Source: an uncultured Phycisphaeraceae bacterium (GTDB lineage: Bacteria > Planctomycetota > Phycisphaerae > Phycisphaerales > UBA1924). Taken from it: a DNA stretch of 54,244 nucleotides. The DNA is taken from the NCBI GenBank assembly GCA_964351165.1, contig CAYGNN010000001.1, forward strand, positions 1 through 54,244, given 5' to 3'. How positions within the stretch are numbered: the first letter of the stretch is position 1; every line of letters begins with the position of its first letter. Shown here one piece after another: positions 19,231-28,008 of this stretch. A program made the translations under genes and the position numbers. The notes under the pieces were generated by a model. That model searched no databases, was not told the origin of the DNA, and saw only the letters and a program-made list of their open reading frames with translations.

Positions 19231-20412
19231 ATGAACCGCCTCGTCACGCACAACACAGACGGCGTTACTCCAGGCACGCTCCCGCCGCTCCAGCGCGAGC
19301 AGGGGAAAACGCGCATCCTCTTCATCAGCAGCGTGATCCTTGGGTTCAAGCGCTACGCCGAGAGCCTCGAGCGGTTCACCGCAGACCGCGACGACATCGA
19401 CGCGGTCCACGTCCGGATCAGGAACCCCTTCCCGATGCGCGTCGCCTCGATGACCTGGCCGCTCCCCAGAGGGTGGGACTTCCACAGCTACCGCTACCTG
19501 ATGCTCAGCGACTGGTACATCCGCCGCTGGTTCCGCAGCGCGATCGACCCCGACCGCTTCGACCTGATCCACTGGATCACCCAGGGCAACGCCCGACCGA
19601 TCAACGCGATCAAGCGCCGATCCAAAGTCCGCCACGCTGTCAACATCGATACGACCTCGATCCTCGACCTCTCCGAGTACGGCTATTCGCCGCTCGCGCG
19701 CAAGCCGTTCATCCGGGAAGAGCGCCGCATCTTCGACCTCGCGGACGCCGTCGTCTGCAGGAACCATTGGGCGACCCAGTCGCTCCGCGATGATTTCAAC
19801 CTCCCGGAATCGAAGATCATCGCCGCCCCCAACTCGATCGACCTCCCAGAGGCGCACCGATGGGACAATGTCGACCGGGGCGTGCCGCACGACAGCCTCC
19901 CCCGCCTGGTCTTCGTGGGCAACGACTGGGCCCGCAAGGGCGCCGACATGCTCCTGCGTGTTCATCAGCAGCGCTTCGCCGGTCGCGCGGAGCTGCACTT
20001 CATCGGCGATCGCCACGAACGCGACGACAACGCGAAGAACGTCGTCTGGCACGGCAGGCAGGACCACCTCCGCGTGCGCAACGAGCTGCTCCCCTCGATG
20101 GATGTCTTCGTCTTCCCGACCGTCGAGGACATGATGCCCTGGGCAACGATCGAAGCCGCCGGCGCAGGGCTCCCGTCCATCGCCTCCCGCGTCGCCGCGA
20201 TCCCCGATGTCATCCTCCACGAACAGACCGGCCTGCTGCACCCACCCAGGGACGAGCAGGGACTGGCGGACGCGATCGAGACCATGATCGGCGATCCCGC
20301 CCTGCGCGAGCAATACGGCAGAGCGGCCCGCGCGCACATCGAGCAGGGTTTCAACGCGAGCCGGACCTACCCCATGCTGCTCGACCGCCTCTGCGAGATC
20401 GCCGGCGGTTAA
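19231..20412 (+). CDS. glycosyltransferase family 4
   Basis: RLVFVGNDWARKGADMLL...VFVFPTVEDMMPWATIEAAGAGLPSIASRVAAIPDVILHEQTGLL is a GT-B C-terminal domain. Confidence 0.8.
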   Translation: MNRLVTHNTDGVTPGTLPPLQREQGKTRILFISSVILGFKRYAESLERFTADRDDIDAVHVRIRNPFPMRVASMTWPLPRGWDFHSYRYLMLSDWYIRRWFRSAIDPDRFDLIHWITQGNARPINAIKRRSKVRHAVNIDTTSILDLSEYGYSPLARKPFIREERRIFDLADAVVCRNHWATQSLRDDFNLPESKIIAAPNSIDLPEAHRWDNVDRGVPHDSLPRLVFVGNDWARKGADMLLRVHQQRFAGRAELHFIGDRHERDDNAKNVVWHGRQDHLRVRNELLPSMDVFVFPTVEDMMPWATIEAAGAGLPSIASRVAAIPDVILHEQTGLLHPPRDEQGLADAIETMIGDPALREQYGRAARAHIEQGFNASRTYPMLLDRLCEIAGG

Positions 20413-21461
20413 TCCGCAGGCGGAATGACGAGCGGGATGTTCAGATCGATGCGCACGAGCGAGTGATCCCCCCCCTGCACCGGCGCTAAGGTGTGCCAGT
20501 CGCTGACCGTGATCCCATCACTGACGAGCGCATCATCGATCGCAAGCCGAGCAGGCCAGGGCAGACTCCCTGGCCAGGTGCCGTCGAGGGCGAGCAGCGG
20601 CTTGGCGCGGCGCATCCCAGCGACATCGCGCAGCGATCGGCTCCTGGCGCCAGTCGGTGTGGAATTGAAATCCCCGCCGAGCACGATCGGCAATCCCATC
20701 GGCGCCAGCTCGTCCCGGATCATCGCGCCGAGCTGCTTCACCGCCTCGTTCCCGTCCTCCCACGCCTGCTGGCTCCTGGGCGAAGCCGGGTGCGTCGCGA
20801 TCAGGATGAAGTGCCCGCCCGGTCGTCGCACCACCGCGATGCTGGGCGACATCCCTGGGTTCCCATCGCCCGATTCCGCCTGCGTGTAGTGCAGGACGAT
20901 CGGCTCGAGCGGCCACCTGCTGATGACCGCAGGCTTCGCCGCCCAGGGGCGCTGCGGCACGCTGTGGGGGTACCGTTCTCTGAACGCATCGCTGCGCAGC
21001 AGCGTCACCACCTCAGGGTTGGGCTCGACGATCGTCATCACGTCCACGTCCATGCCGTCGAGCAGCGCCACGACCTCAGCGCGGCCGGCGCCCCGGTTGA
21101 AGACGTTCATCGTCAGCATGCGGACCTGCTCGCCGGCCACCGGCGCTGACCCCGGCGCGCGGCCCTGGGTCAGCCCGGCCAGCTGCACAGCCAAAGCCAC
21201 GATCAGGACGACGCCAACAACCCAGCGGCGCAAGGCCAGCGTCAGCGCGAGCATCAACAGGGTGACGAGCAGCAGCTGCGCCGTCAGGTTGGCGATGAGG
21301 TCGATCCGCCATCCAGCTGCGCCGAACATCCAGGCCCCGCTCGCGGCGAGCACGCACAGCCCCAGAACCGCGAGCATCACCGTCAGCGATCGACCGAGAA
21401 TGCGCGCGCGAAGCGAGGCCTTCGTATCGGACGCTGCGTTGTCGTTCGGTGCGTCGGTCAT
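20409..21461 (-). CDS. membrane-anchored endonuclease/exonuclease/phosphatase (EEP) family protein
   Basis: ATG at 21461. Three N-terminal TM segments, then EEP blocks (MLTMNVFN, DVDVMTIVE, LGGDFNSTP, GGDHSLVRIDL). Only the distal 350 codons of the 786-aa track ORF are coding. Its stop overlaps the stop of the convergent GT4 gene. Confidence 0.75.
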   Translation of the reverse strand: MTDAPNDNAASDTKASLRARILGRSLTVMLAVLGLCVLAASGAWMFGAAGWRIDLIANLTAQLLLVTLLMLALTLALRRWVVGVVLIVALAVQLAGLTQGRAPGSAPVAGEQVRMLTMNVFNRGAGRAEVVALLDGMDVDVMTIVEPNPEVVTLLRSDAFRERYPHSVPQRPWAAKPAVISRWPLEPIVLHYTQAESGDGNPGMSPSIAVVRRPGGHFILIATHPASPRSQQAWEDGNEAVKQLGAMIRDELAPMGLPIVLGGDFNSTPTGARSRSLRDVAGMRRAKPLLALDGTWPGSLPWPARLAIDDALVSDGITVSDWHTLAPVQGGDHSLVRIDLNIPLVIPPAD

Positions 21462-21698
21462 TGCGAGAAAAACGTGAGCGAGGATGGGTGCAAGCGGAAA
21501 CCTCAAAGAACAGGGGTTTCGACCGGAGATGCGCCGCGAAAGCGCACCGATCGGCGCCCGAGTCAGGATCGGCCCGGGCCGTGGATCCCCTCCAGATTGC
21601 CCATCGTCAGTCGAAATACAGGGGCCGGACCTGATCCAGGCGCCCATCGATCCGATCCTCACTCTGGACCTGTACGGATACGACGGAGGATCGCTCAA

Positions 21699-22910
21699 AT
21701 GAAGCCGAAGCACAACGTCACCATCGGACTCGCTGTTGGATGCCTGCTGATCGCCGGGACGGCGATGGGGAACTCCAGAGACCGCCGGGGCGACTCCGGC
21801 GCCGGAGACAGCGGCGGCAACAACAACGGCAGCCAGCAGGCGCCGCAGGGCTCCGACTCCACAACGGCGGATCCGATCTACTTCAACGCGCTCACCGGCA
21901 TCCACGCCGGCGATGTCGATCTCTCCGGCGCCCCGGTCTCGGACGAGATCGTCGTGGTCTACCAGCACAACTTCGGGATCTACCCTTACATCAACAGCTC
22001 CGAGGTCCACTTCAACGGGAGTGTCCCGCAGAACATCAACATGCAGGAGCACCTCCGCGAGCTGGCGATCGATATCGAACGCTACATCCCGGACCCCGAT
22101 TTCGACGGCTTCGTCTCCATCGACTACGAGGAATGGCCGCCCTTCTGGGAAGACTGCATGGAGCGCTACCGCGAGTACTCGCGCGAGCTGGTCCGCGAGG
22201 CGAACCCGAGCTGGGACGACCTCAAGGTGGAGCGCAAGGCGAAGCGCGAGTTCGAGAAGGCCGCCAAGAAGTACATGAAGAAGACGCTCAAGAAGTGCCA
22301 GCAGCTCCGCCCCAAGGCGAAGTGGGGGTACTGGGCGTACCCGAAGGAAGCGCACCACGACAACAACGCCAACTGGCTCTGGAACGCCCAGGACGCCTTC
22401 TTCCCCGACCTCTACATGCCGTACCGACTCCGCCCCGATGACGCGACGGACATGATCCTCGGCGAGATCGGCGAGAGCTGGTACATCACCAACCGCCTCG
22501 AAGGCCGCGTTGGGTACGCCAGGGAACTCGCAGGCAACAAGCCGGTCCTCGCCTTCACGTACCCGAGGTACGAGAACCGCAACCCGAACCAGTGGATCCG
22601 CCTGCGGCCGCTCACGCCGTCCGACCTGACGATGTGCATGGAAGGCCCGCTGAACCACGGCGCTGACGGCATCGTGCTCTGGGACAACGTCCCCCAGCCC
22701 TCTGTCGCGGACGCGTTCCAGATCTATTACGACGACATCATCGCGCCAGAATTCAACCGCGTGCTCCAAAGCCGCGGCCTGCCGTTCGGCCCGGCCGATG
22801 GCGTGATCGATCCCGGCGAGAACGACGAGGGTGACTCCGAACCGATCGCCGGTGTCGATGATGATGTCACGGATGTGAACGAGGGCGACGACGTCCGCCG
22901 CGGCGGCTGA
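21699..22910 (+). CDS. secreted glycoside hydrolase family 56 (hyaluronidase/chondroitinase-like) homologue
   Basis: ATG at 21699 with a GGAGGA RBS 8 nt upstream. Signal peptide MKPKHNVTIGLAVGCLLIAGTAMG. Four blocks match GH56 as I recall it from bee-venom hyaluronidase and human HYAL1/PH-20. These are GFVSIDYEEWPPFW (catalytic D-x-E), REFEKAAKKYMKKTLKKCQQLRPKAKWGYWAYP, ANWLWNAQDAFFPDLYMPY and GADGIVLWDN. The C-terminal tail is acidic. Confidence 0.8.
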   Translation: MKPKHNVTIGLAVGCLLIAGTAMGNSRDRRGDSGAGDSGGNNNGSQQAPQGSDSTTADPIYFNALTGIHAGDVDLSGAPVSDEIVVVYQHNFGIYPYINSSEVHFNGSVPQNINMQEHLRELAIDIERYIPDPDFDGFVSIDYEEWPPFWEDCMERYREYSRELVREANPSWDDLKVERKAKREFEKAAKKYMKKTLKKCQQLRPKAKWGYWAYPKEAHHDNNANWLWNAQDAFFPDLYMPYRLRPDDATDMILGEIGESWYITNRLEGRVGYARELAGNKPVLAFTYPRYENRNPNQWIRLRPLTPSDLTMCMEGPLNHGADGIVLWDNVPQPSVADAFQIYYDDIIAPEFNRVLQSRGLPFGPADGVIDPGENDEGDSEPIAGVDDDVTDVNEGDDVRRGG

Positions 22911-22925
22911 ACCGGGCCGCTGGGA

Positions 22926-23930
22926 TCAATCCCTGGCTTCCAACGCAGCCAGACGCTGCGCATACCACGACCATTGCTGCCGGAGGCCCTCCTTGAAGGG
23001 GGTCTCCGGTTTGTAATCCAGCTCGGCGCTGCTCCGCGTCAGATCGGCGTACGTGCGCTCGACATCGCCCATCTGGCTCGGCTGGTGCTCGATGATCGCC
23101 TCCTTGCCGACCGCCTCGGCGACCGACGAGATCATCTCATCGAGCGTGACAGGGCTGCTCCCGCCCAGGTTCCAGACGCGGTAGCCGTGCGCATCGATCC
23201 GGTCCATCGCCGCGAGCACCCCATTGACGATGTCGTCGATGTACGTGTAGTCCCTGCTCGTGTCGCCGTTGCCGAACATCGGGATCGCCTCGCCTGCGTG
23301 GATGAGCCGCATGAATTTCGCGATCGCCAGGTCCGGTCGCTGCCGGGGGCCGAAGACCGTGAAGAACCGCAGGCACGCGACCGGCGTGTTGTAGAGCTGG
23401 TGGTGGACGTGGCACAGGTCCTCCGTCGCGCACTTCGTCGCGGCGTAGGGGCTGATCGGCTTGCTGATGTCGTCCTCCTCGGAGAACGGCACGCGCGAGG
23501 CGTTCCCGTACACGCTGCTCGATGACGCGACGACGAGCCGCTCCGTACCGACCGCGCGCGCTGATTCCAGGATGTTGGTGGTGCCCTCGACGTTGACGCG
23601 CGCATAACCGGCCGGGTCCTCGATGCTCGGCCGGACGCCGGCGCGCGCCGCGAGGTGGATCACGCTCGTCGGGCGGTGCTTCTCGAAGACATCGAGCAGC
23701 GGCGCCTGCTCGCGGATATCGACATGCTCGAACACAAAGCGATCACCATCGCCGGTCGCGCGGACCTCTTCGAGGTTCGAGCGTTTGATCGATTCGTCGT
23801 AGAAGGGATCGAAGTTGTCGATGCCGACAACCCTTGTCTGCGCATCGCGCGCCAGCAGCGCCTCGCAGGTGTGCGAACCGATAAACCCAGCGGCCCCTGT
23901 GACAAGCACGGTCTGTGGTTTGGCGGACAA
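22926..23930 (-). CDS. NAD-dependent epimerase, probable UDP-glucuronate 4-epimerase
   Basis: VLVTGAAGFIGSHTCEALL, VIHLAARAGVRPSIEDP, SSSSVYG, SPYAATKCATE and LRFFTVFGPRQRPDLAIAKF are characteristic of the UDP-GlcA 4-epimerase (Cap1J/LpsL/Gla) subfamily of extended SDRs. Apparent TTG start at 23930. Confidence 0.75.
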   Translation of the reverse strand: MSAKPQTVLVTGAAGFIGSHTCEALLARDAQTRVVGIDNFDPFYDESIKRSNLEEVRATGDGDRFVFEHVDIREQAPLLDVFEKHRPTSVIHLAARAGVRPSIEDPAGYARVNVEGTTNILESARAVGTERLVVASSSSVYGNASRVPFSEEDDISKPISPYAATKCATEDLCHVHHQLYNTPVACLRFFTVFGPRQRPDLAIAKFMRLIHAGEAIPMFGNGDTSRDYTYIDDIVNGVLAAMDRIDAHGYRVWNLGGSSPVTLDEMISSVAEAVGKEAIIEHQPSQMGDVERTYADLTRSSAELDYKPETPFKEGLRQQWSWYAQRLAALEARD

Positions 23931-24013
23931 CGGATCGTCTCCCTCGGTGCTCGCTTAGTCCGGTCGATGCTATCTCAATGTCGGTCGGAGCCAAGCCGGG
24001 ATCGATTGCAGGC

Positions 24014-24053
24014 AAAAAATAAGCAGGGCGCCATCGTGAAACAGCGCCCCGCT
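24014..24053 (-). terminator. putative intrinsic terminator downstream of the SLC13 permease gene
   Basis: On the minus strand: AGCGGGGCGC, 12-nt loop, GCGCCCUGCU (10 bp with one G-U pair), followed by UAUUUUUU. It lies about 150 nt after the permease stop and upstream of the epimerase gene. Confidence 0.45.
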
Positions 24054-24204
24054 GGAGGAGAGAGAGATCCGTTGCAGCATACCGCTTATCGGGTTGATCG
24101 GTCGCAGGCGATTGAATTTCGGAGCGCTGTGCAAACCCGCCTGACGCCACGCATCAGGTGTTTTCCCCATCACCATCGATGACATGCGGCGGATCAGCCT
24201 GTAT

Positions 24205-26079
24205 TCAGCCAAATACCAGCGGCGCGAGAAACACGCACACGATCCCGGTGAGGATCACCAGCGGCGCCCCGAATCTGAGGAAATCGAAGGGCTTGTAGCC
24301 GCCCGGTCCCATAACCATGAGATTCGTCTGGTAGCCGATGGGGGTCATGAACCCTGCCGATGCAGCGATCGCGATCACCGCAGCGAACGGCATGAATGGC
24401 CAGTCGGCGCCGGCGCGCCACGCTTCGAGCGCGATCGGGAACATCAGCACCGCCGCGGCGTTGTTCGTGACGACGTTCGTGAAGAGCGCCGTGATCAGGA
24501 ATAGCACACCCAGCACCGCGTACAGCCCCATCGGCTGCGCGACATCCAGCATGATCCCTGCGATCAGCTCCGCCAGTCCAGAACGCTCCATCGCAGCGCC
24601 CAGGCCGAACGCAGCGCCGATCGTCAGGAAGACCTGCCAATCGATCGAGGCGCGCGCCTGCGGCCCGGTGCAGCAGCGCAGCGCGATCATCGCCAGCGCC
24701 GCGATCAGCGCGACGGTCATCGTGTGCGACGAGAAGATCGTCATGCCCAGGATCAACCCGACCAGCACGAGCAGCGCCGCCCACGCCAGGTGGTGCCCCG
24801 GCGCTGCGGAAGAATCGAGCTCGCTGACGAGGTAGAAATCGTTGGAGTCGGCGTGCGCGCTGACGAAGTCGCCCGGCGCTTCCAGCAGCAGCGTGTCGCC
24901 GGCGCGGAGCCGGATGTCGCCCAGCTTGCCGGCGATGCGTTCACCGGAGCGGTGTGCCGCGATCACGACCGCGCCGTACCTGCTGCGGAACTCGCCTTCC
25001 CGGATCGAGATCCCGAGCATCGGCGACGACGACGAGACGACCGCCTCGATGAGCTTCGCGCGGTGGCGGGGGGTCAGCCCCTTGCGAAGCTCCTCGCTGG
25101 TGACCGGCTCGATGCCCTTCATGCGCAGCAGGTCCGCGACGGACTTCACGTTCCCAACGAAGATCAGCACGTCCCCGCCGTGGAGGATGGTGTTGGGATC
25201 CACCGCCAGAATGTGCTCGCCCTCGCGCTCGATCCTGGAGAGGTACAGACCAGGCAGGTGCCGCAGGCCGGCCTGCTCGATGGACTGCCCGCCGATCGAG
25301 GCGTTCTCCGCAACACGGACGGAGGTCATGTACTGCCGGGGGTCCTCGACGCTTGGCATCTGCGATTCGGTGTTGCGCAGCAGTTTCCGCCCCGCCAGCA
25401 GCATGTACGCGACGCCGACGAAGGTCAGCGGGATGCCGATCCACGCGAGCGTGAACATGCCCAGCTGCGGCAGGTCGTACCCCTGCTCGTTGTGCTGCTG
25501 GATCATGCCGTGGACGACCAGGTTCGTGCTGGTGCCGATGAGGGTGCAGGTGCCGCCCAGGATCGCTGCGAAACTCAGCGGCATGAAGAGTCGAGACGCC
25601 TGGATGTTGTTCCGCGCCGCCCAGTCCTTCAGCACCGGCAGGAACATCGCGACGATCGGCGTGTTGTTCATGACGGCGCTGGCGCCGGCGACCGGGAGCA
25701 TGATCCTGGTCTGGGCGCCTGCGGTGGTCTTGGGTCGCCCCAGCCCCCACGCCGTGATGGAGGAGAGCGCGCCGGTGTGCCGCAGCCCAGCAGCGACGAT
25801 GTAGAGCAGGACGACGGTCCAGACCGCAGGGTTGGCGAACCCTGAGATGGCCTCCGCCGTGTCGATCACGCCGAACGCGAGCAGGATGGCGAGCCCGAAG
25901 AGCAGGACCAGGTCCGCGCCGAAACGCCCTGCGCCCAAACCGACGACGATCGCCAGCAGCACACCGCCGGTGATCCAGACGTCCGCGTCACCCCACGATG
26001 GGTCCGACGCAGCAGGCGAAGGCGCCTGCTGCGCGAGCGTCAATGCCTGGCCCTGGATGGTGTTGAAGAGTTGGAGCAT
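24205..26079 (-). CDS. SLC13/DASS-family anion permease with two central TrkA-C (RCK_C) domains
   Basis: 624 aa. Polytopic N- and C-terminal halves with SLC13-like blocks (SAVMNNTPIVAMFLP, FTNVVTNNAAAVLMFPIA) flank two soluble TrkA-C-like repeats (ILHGGDVLIFVG..., LRAGDTLLLEAPGDF). Substrate (sulfate?) is inferred from neighbours only. Confidence 0.8.
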   Translation of the reverse strand: MLQLFNTIQGQALTLAQQAPSPAASDPSWGDADVWITGGVLLAIVVGLGAGRFGADLVLLFGLAILLAFGVIDTAEAISGFANPAVWTVVLLYIVAAGLRHTGALSSITAWGLGRPKTTAGAQTRIMLPVAGASAVMNNTPIVAMFLPVLKDWAARNNIQASRLFMPLSFAAILGGTCTLIGTSTNLVVHGMIQQHNEQGYDLPQLGMFTLAWIGIPLTFVGVAYMLLAGRKLLRNTESQMPSVEDPRQYMTSVRVAENASIGGQSIEQAGLRHLPGLYLSRIEREGEHILAVDPNTILHGGDVLIFVGNVKSVADLLRMKGIEPVTSEELRKGLTPRHRAKLIEAVVSSSSPMLGISIREGEFRSRYGAVVIAAHRSGERIAGKLGDIRLRAGDTLLLEAPGDFVSAHADSNDFYLVSELDSSAAPGHHLAWAALLVLVGLILGMTIFSSHTMTVALIAALAMIALRCCTGPQARASIDWQVFLTIGAAFGLGAAMERSGLAELIAGIMLDVAQPMGLYAVLGVLFLITALFTNVVTNNAAAVLMFPIALEAWRAGADWPFMPFAAVIAIAASAGFMTPIGYQTNLMVMGPGGYKPFDFLRFGAPLVILTGIVCVFLAPLVFG

Positions 26080-26138
26080 CAGCGTGCAGGGTCATCCCAA
26101 CATCGGCGCAGAAACCGCGCTACATGACGCCGCGCTGG

Positions 26139-27164
26139 TCAGTCGGCGTCCAGATCGACCCGCATCCCGAGGGAGTCGATCGCCTCGATGATCGAGCCGT
26201 GGAGGCCCGGGGCTGCACAAACGATGCCCCGGTTCATCTTCAGGGTTGATCCGTGCGAGAAATCGAGCCCGTTGTCGTTGATGTCGCTCACCGGGCGGCC
26301 GGCCTCGGTCGCGATGATCATCCCTGCCGCGTGGTCCCAGATCTTCTCGCGGTAGCCAGGCCTGGTCGGCATCCGGAGGTACGCGTCCGCCTGCCCCCTC
26401 GCGACGACCGCGTACTTGCACTGGCTGTCGAGCCGGACGGAGTCGTACCCATTGGGCGCGATCCGCTCCATGATCTTCGCCGTCGCGTCGTGCTTGGAGT
26501 GCGCCGCCTCGACGGATTCGCACATCCGGATGGGCTCGTTCTCGTCGCGTTCGAGCGGCCTGAGATTGACGCCGGCGTCGTCCGGCTTGTCGGCGCGCTG
26601 CTCCCAGACGCCGGTCCCGCCGTACGCGGAGTACATCGTGCCGACCGGGTCAGGGTCGTCCATCGGTCGCGAGAAATCGGCGGAGAGGTTGGGGCACCCC
26701 AGCACACCCAGCACGACGTGCTCGTGATCGATCCACGCGAGGCTGACGGCGTACTGCTGGCCGCGGAGGAAGCCCTTCGTCCCGTCGATTGGGTCGAGCG
26801 TCCAGAACGATCGCGCCGCGCCGTCGTCGTTGCCGATGTCGATCGCGCCCAGGACATCATCGGTCGTCGCGTCGGTCCACACAGTGCGCACCGCCTCGAC
26901 CACCTCGCGCAGGCGCTCGGCGTTCTCCGGCGTGCGGAGTGAAGCGGAATCCTCTTCCGCGACCAGCCGGAACGGTCCGATCGCCTCCGTCATCCGGTGC
27001 GCGATGACCGCCTGGCTGGCGAAGTCCGCGATGGTGACCGGGCTCCGGTCGTCCTTGGTGATCGAGCGGATGCGCTCGAGGTCCTTCTGGACGACTCGGC
27101 ACACGGTCGAAGCCTCGGCGACCGCCCTGCGTGCGGCGGTCAGCGCGTGATCCAGATCAACCAT
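26139..27164 (-). CDS. cysQ: 3'(2'),5'-bisphosphate nucleotidase (PAP phosphatase, HAL2/CysQ family)
   Basis: ATG at 27164 (MVDLDHALTAARRAV). Inositol-monophosphatase-fold motifs are VAEEDS, FWTLDPIDGTKGF and WDHAAG. The WTLDPIDGTKGFLRG block is typical of the HAL2-type subfamily. The upstream 47 codons of the track ORF are rejected. Confidence 0.85.
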   Translation of the reverse strand: MVDLDHALTAARRAVAEASTVCRVVQKDLERIRSITKDDRSPVTIADFASQAVIAHRMTEAIGPFRLVAEEDSASLRTPENAERLREVVEAVRTVWTDATTDDVLGAIDIGNDDGAARSFWTLDPIDGTKGFLRGQQYAVSLAWIDHEHVVLGVLGCPNLSADFSRPMDDPDPVGTMYSAYGGTGVWEQRADKPDDAGVNLRPLERDENEPIRMCESVEAAHSKHDATAKIMERIAPNGYDSVRLDSQCKYAVVARGQADAYLRMPTRPGYREKIWDHAAGMIIATEAGRPVSDINDNGLDFSHGSTLKMNRGIVCAAPGLHGSIIEAIDSLGMRVDLDAD

Positions 27165-27247
27165 CGGGCGTATCTCCTGCGAGGGCGCGCCGCGGCGTCG
27201 GGCGCCGAACGGCGCGGTGTCGTTCAAGGTGTGTTCGTCGGTCCGCG

Positions 27248-27868
27248 TTACGCGGGGCGGATAGCGCCGGTCTCGACGAGGTAGTCGATGCACGCCTCGA
27301 CGCACTCTTCGAGCGACTTCTCGGCGGTCTTGAGCGTCAGCTCCGCGTTCTTGGGCGCCTCGTACGGATCATCGATCCCTGTGAAGCCCTTGATCTCACC
27401 GGCGCGGGCCTTCTTGTACAGGCCCTTGGGGTCGCGCTCCTCGCACACCTCCAGCGGGGTGTCCACGTACACCTCGACGAAACGCAGGCCGGCGGCCTGG
27501 TGCAGCTCGCGGCTCGCGTCGCGATCGGAGAGGTAGGGGCTGATGAAGCTCGTGAGCGTCACCGCGCCGGAATCGGCGAAGAGCTTGGCGACCTCGCTGA
27601 TGCGGCGGATGTTCTCGGCGCGATCCTCGGCGGAGAAGCCCAGGTTCTTGTTGAGGCCGAAGCGGATGTTGTCGCCGTCGAGGCGGTAGCAGTTGTCGCC
27701 GCGGTTGATCAGCGCCTGCTCGAGGGCGGAGGCGATGGTGCTCTTGCCGCTGGCGCTGAGGCCGGTGAACCACATCGTCAGACCCGTCGTGTTGAGCGCG
27801 GCCCAGCGCTCGTCGCGGGCGATGTCGCCCTCGTGCCAGGTGATGTTCGTCGCTTTCTGCTGGGTCAT
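27248..27868 (-). CDS. cysC: adenylylsulfate (APS) kinase
   Basis: P-loop [42 protein letters not shown] and ISPY blocks are canonical CysC. AGAGGAGA RBS lies 7 nt upstream of the ATG. Confidence 0.95.
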   Translation of the reverse strand: MTQQKATNITWHEGDIARDERWAALNTTGLTMWFTGLSASGKSTIASALEQALINRGDNCYRLDGDNIRFGLNKNLGFSAEDRAENIRRISEVAKLFADSGAVTLTSFISPYLSDRDASRELHQAAGLRFVEVYVDTPLEVCEERDPKGLYKKARAGEIKGFTGIDDPYEAPKNAELTLKTAEKSLEECVEACIDYLVETGAIRPA

Positions 27869-27889
27869 CCGCGGGTCTCCTCTGGGATC

Positions 27890-27910
27890 AAAAACGCCCC
27901 CTCCGGGGCG
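27890..27910 (-). terminator. putative intrinsic terminator or attenuator hairpin between the kinase gene and cysC
   Basis: On the minus strand: CGCCCC-GGAG-GGGGCG followed by UUUUU. It lies about 100 nt after the kinase stop and only 6 nt before the cysC RBS. Confidence 0.5.
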
Positions 27911-28008
27911 CGGTTTCTGTAGGAGCGACGGTAGCGGTGGAGCGTGATCCGGACCAGTCTCCCACGCGGATTTATGGGTGTTTTCCCGGCGAGAACAGTG
28001 TCCCCGGC

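Noticed and set aside
21462-22769. Upstream 436 codons of the 786-aa minus-strand ORF 20409-22769.
   Set aside because: This part is antisense to the GH56-like gene and has shadow-ORF composition. The EEP protein begins at the ATG at 21461, followed immediately by its TM segments.
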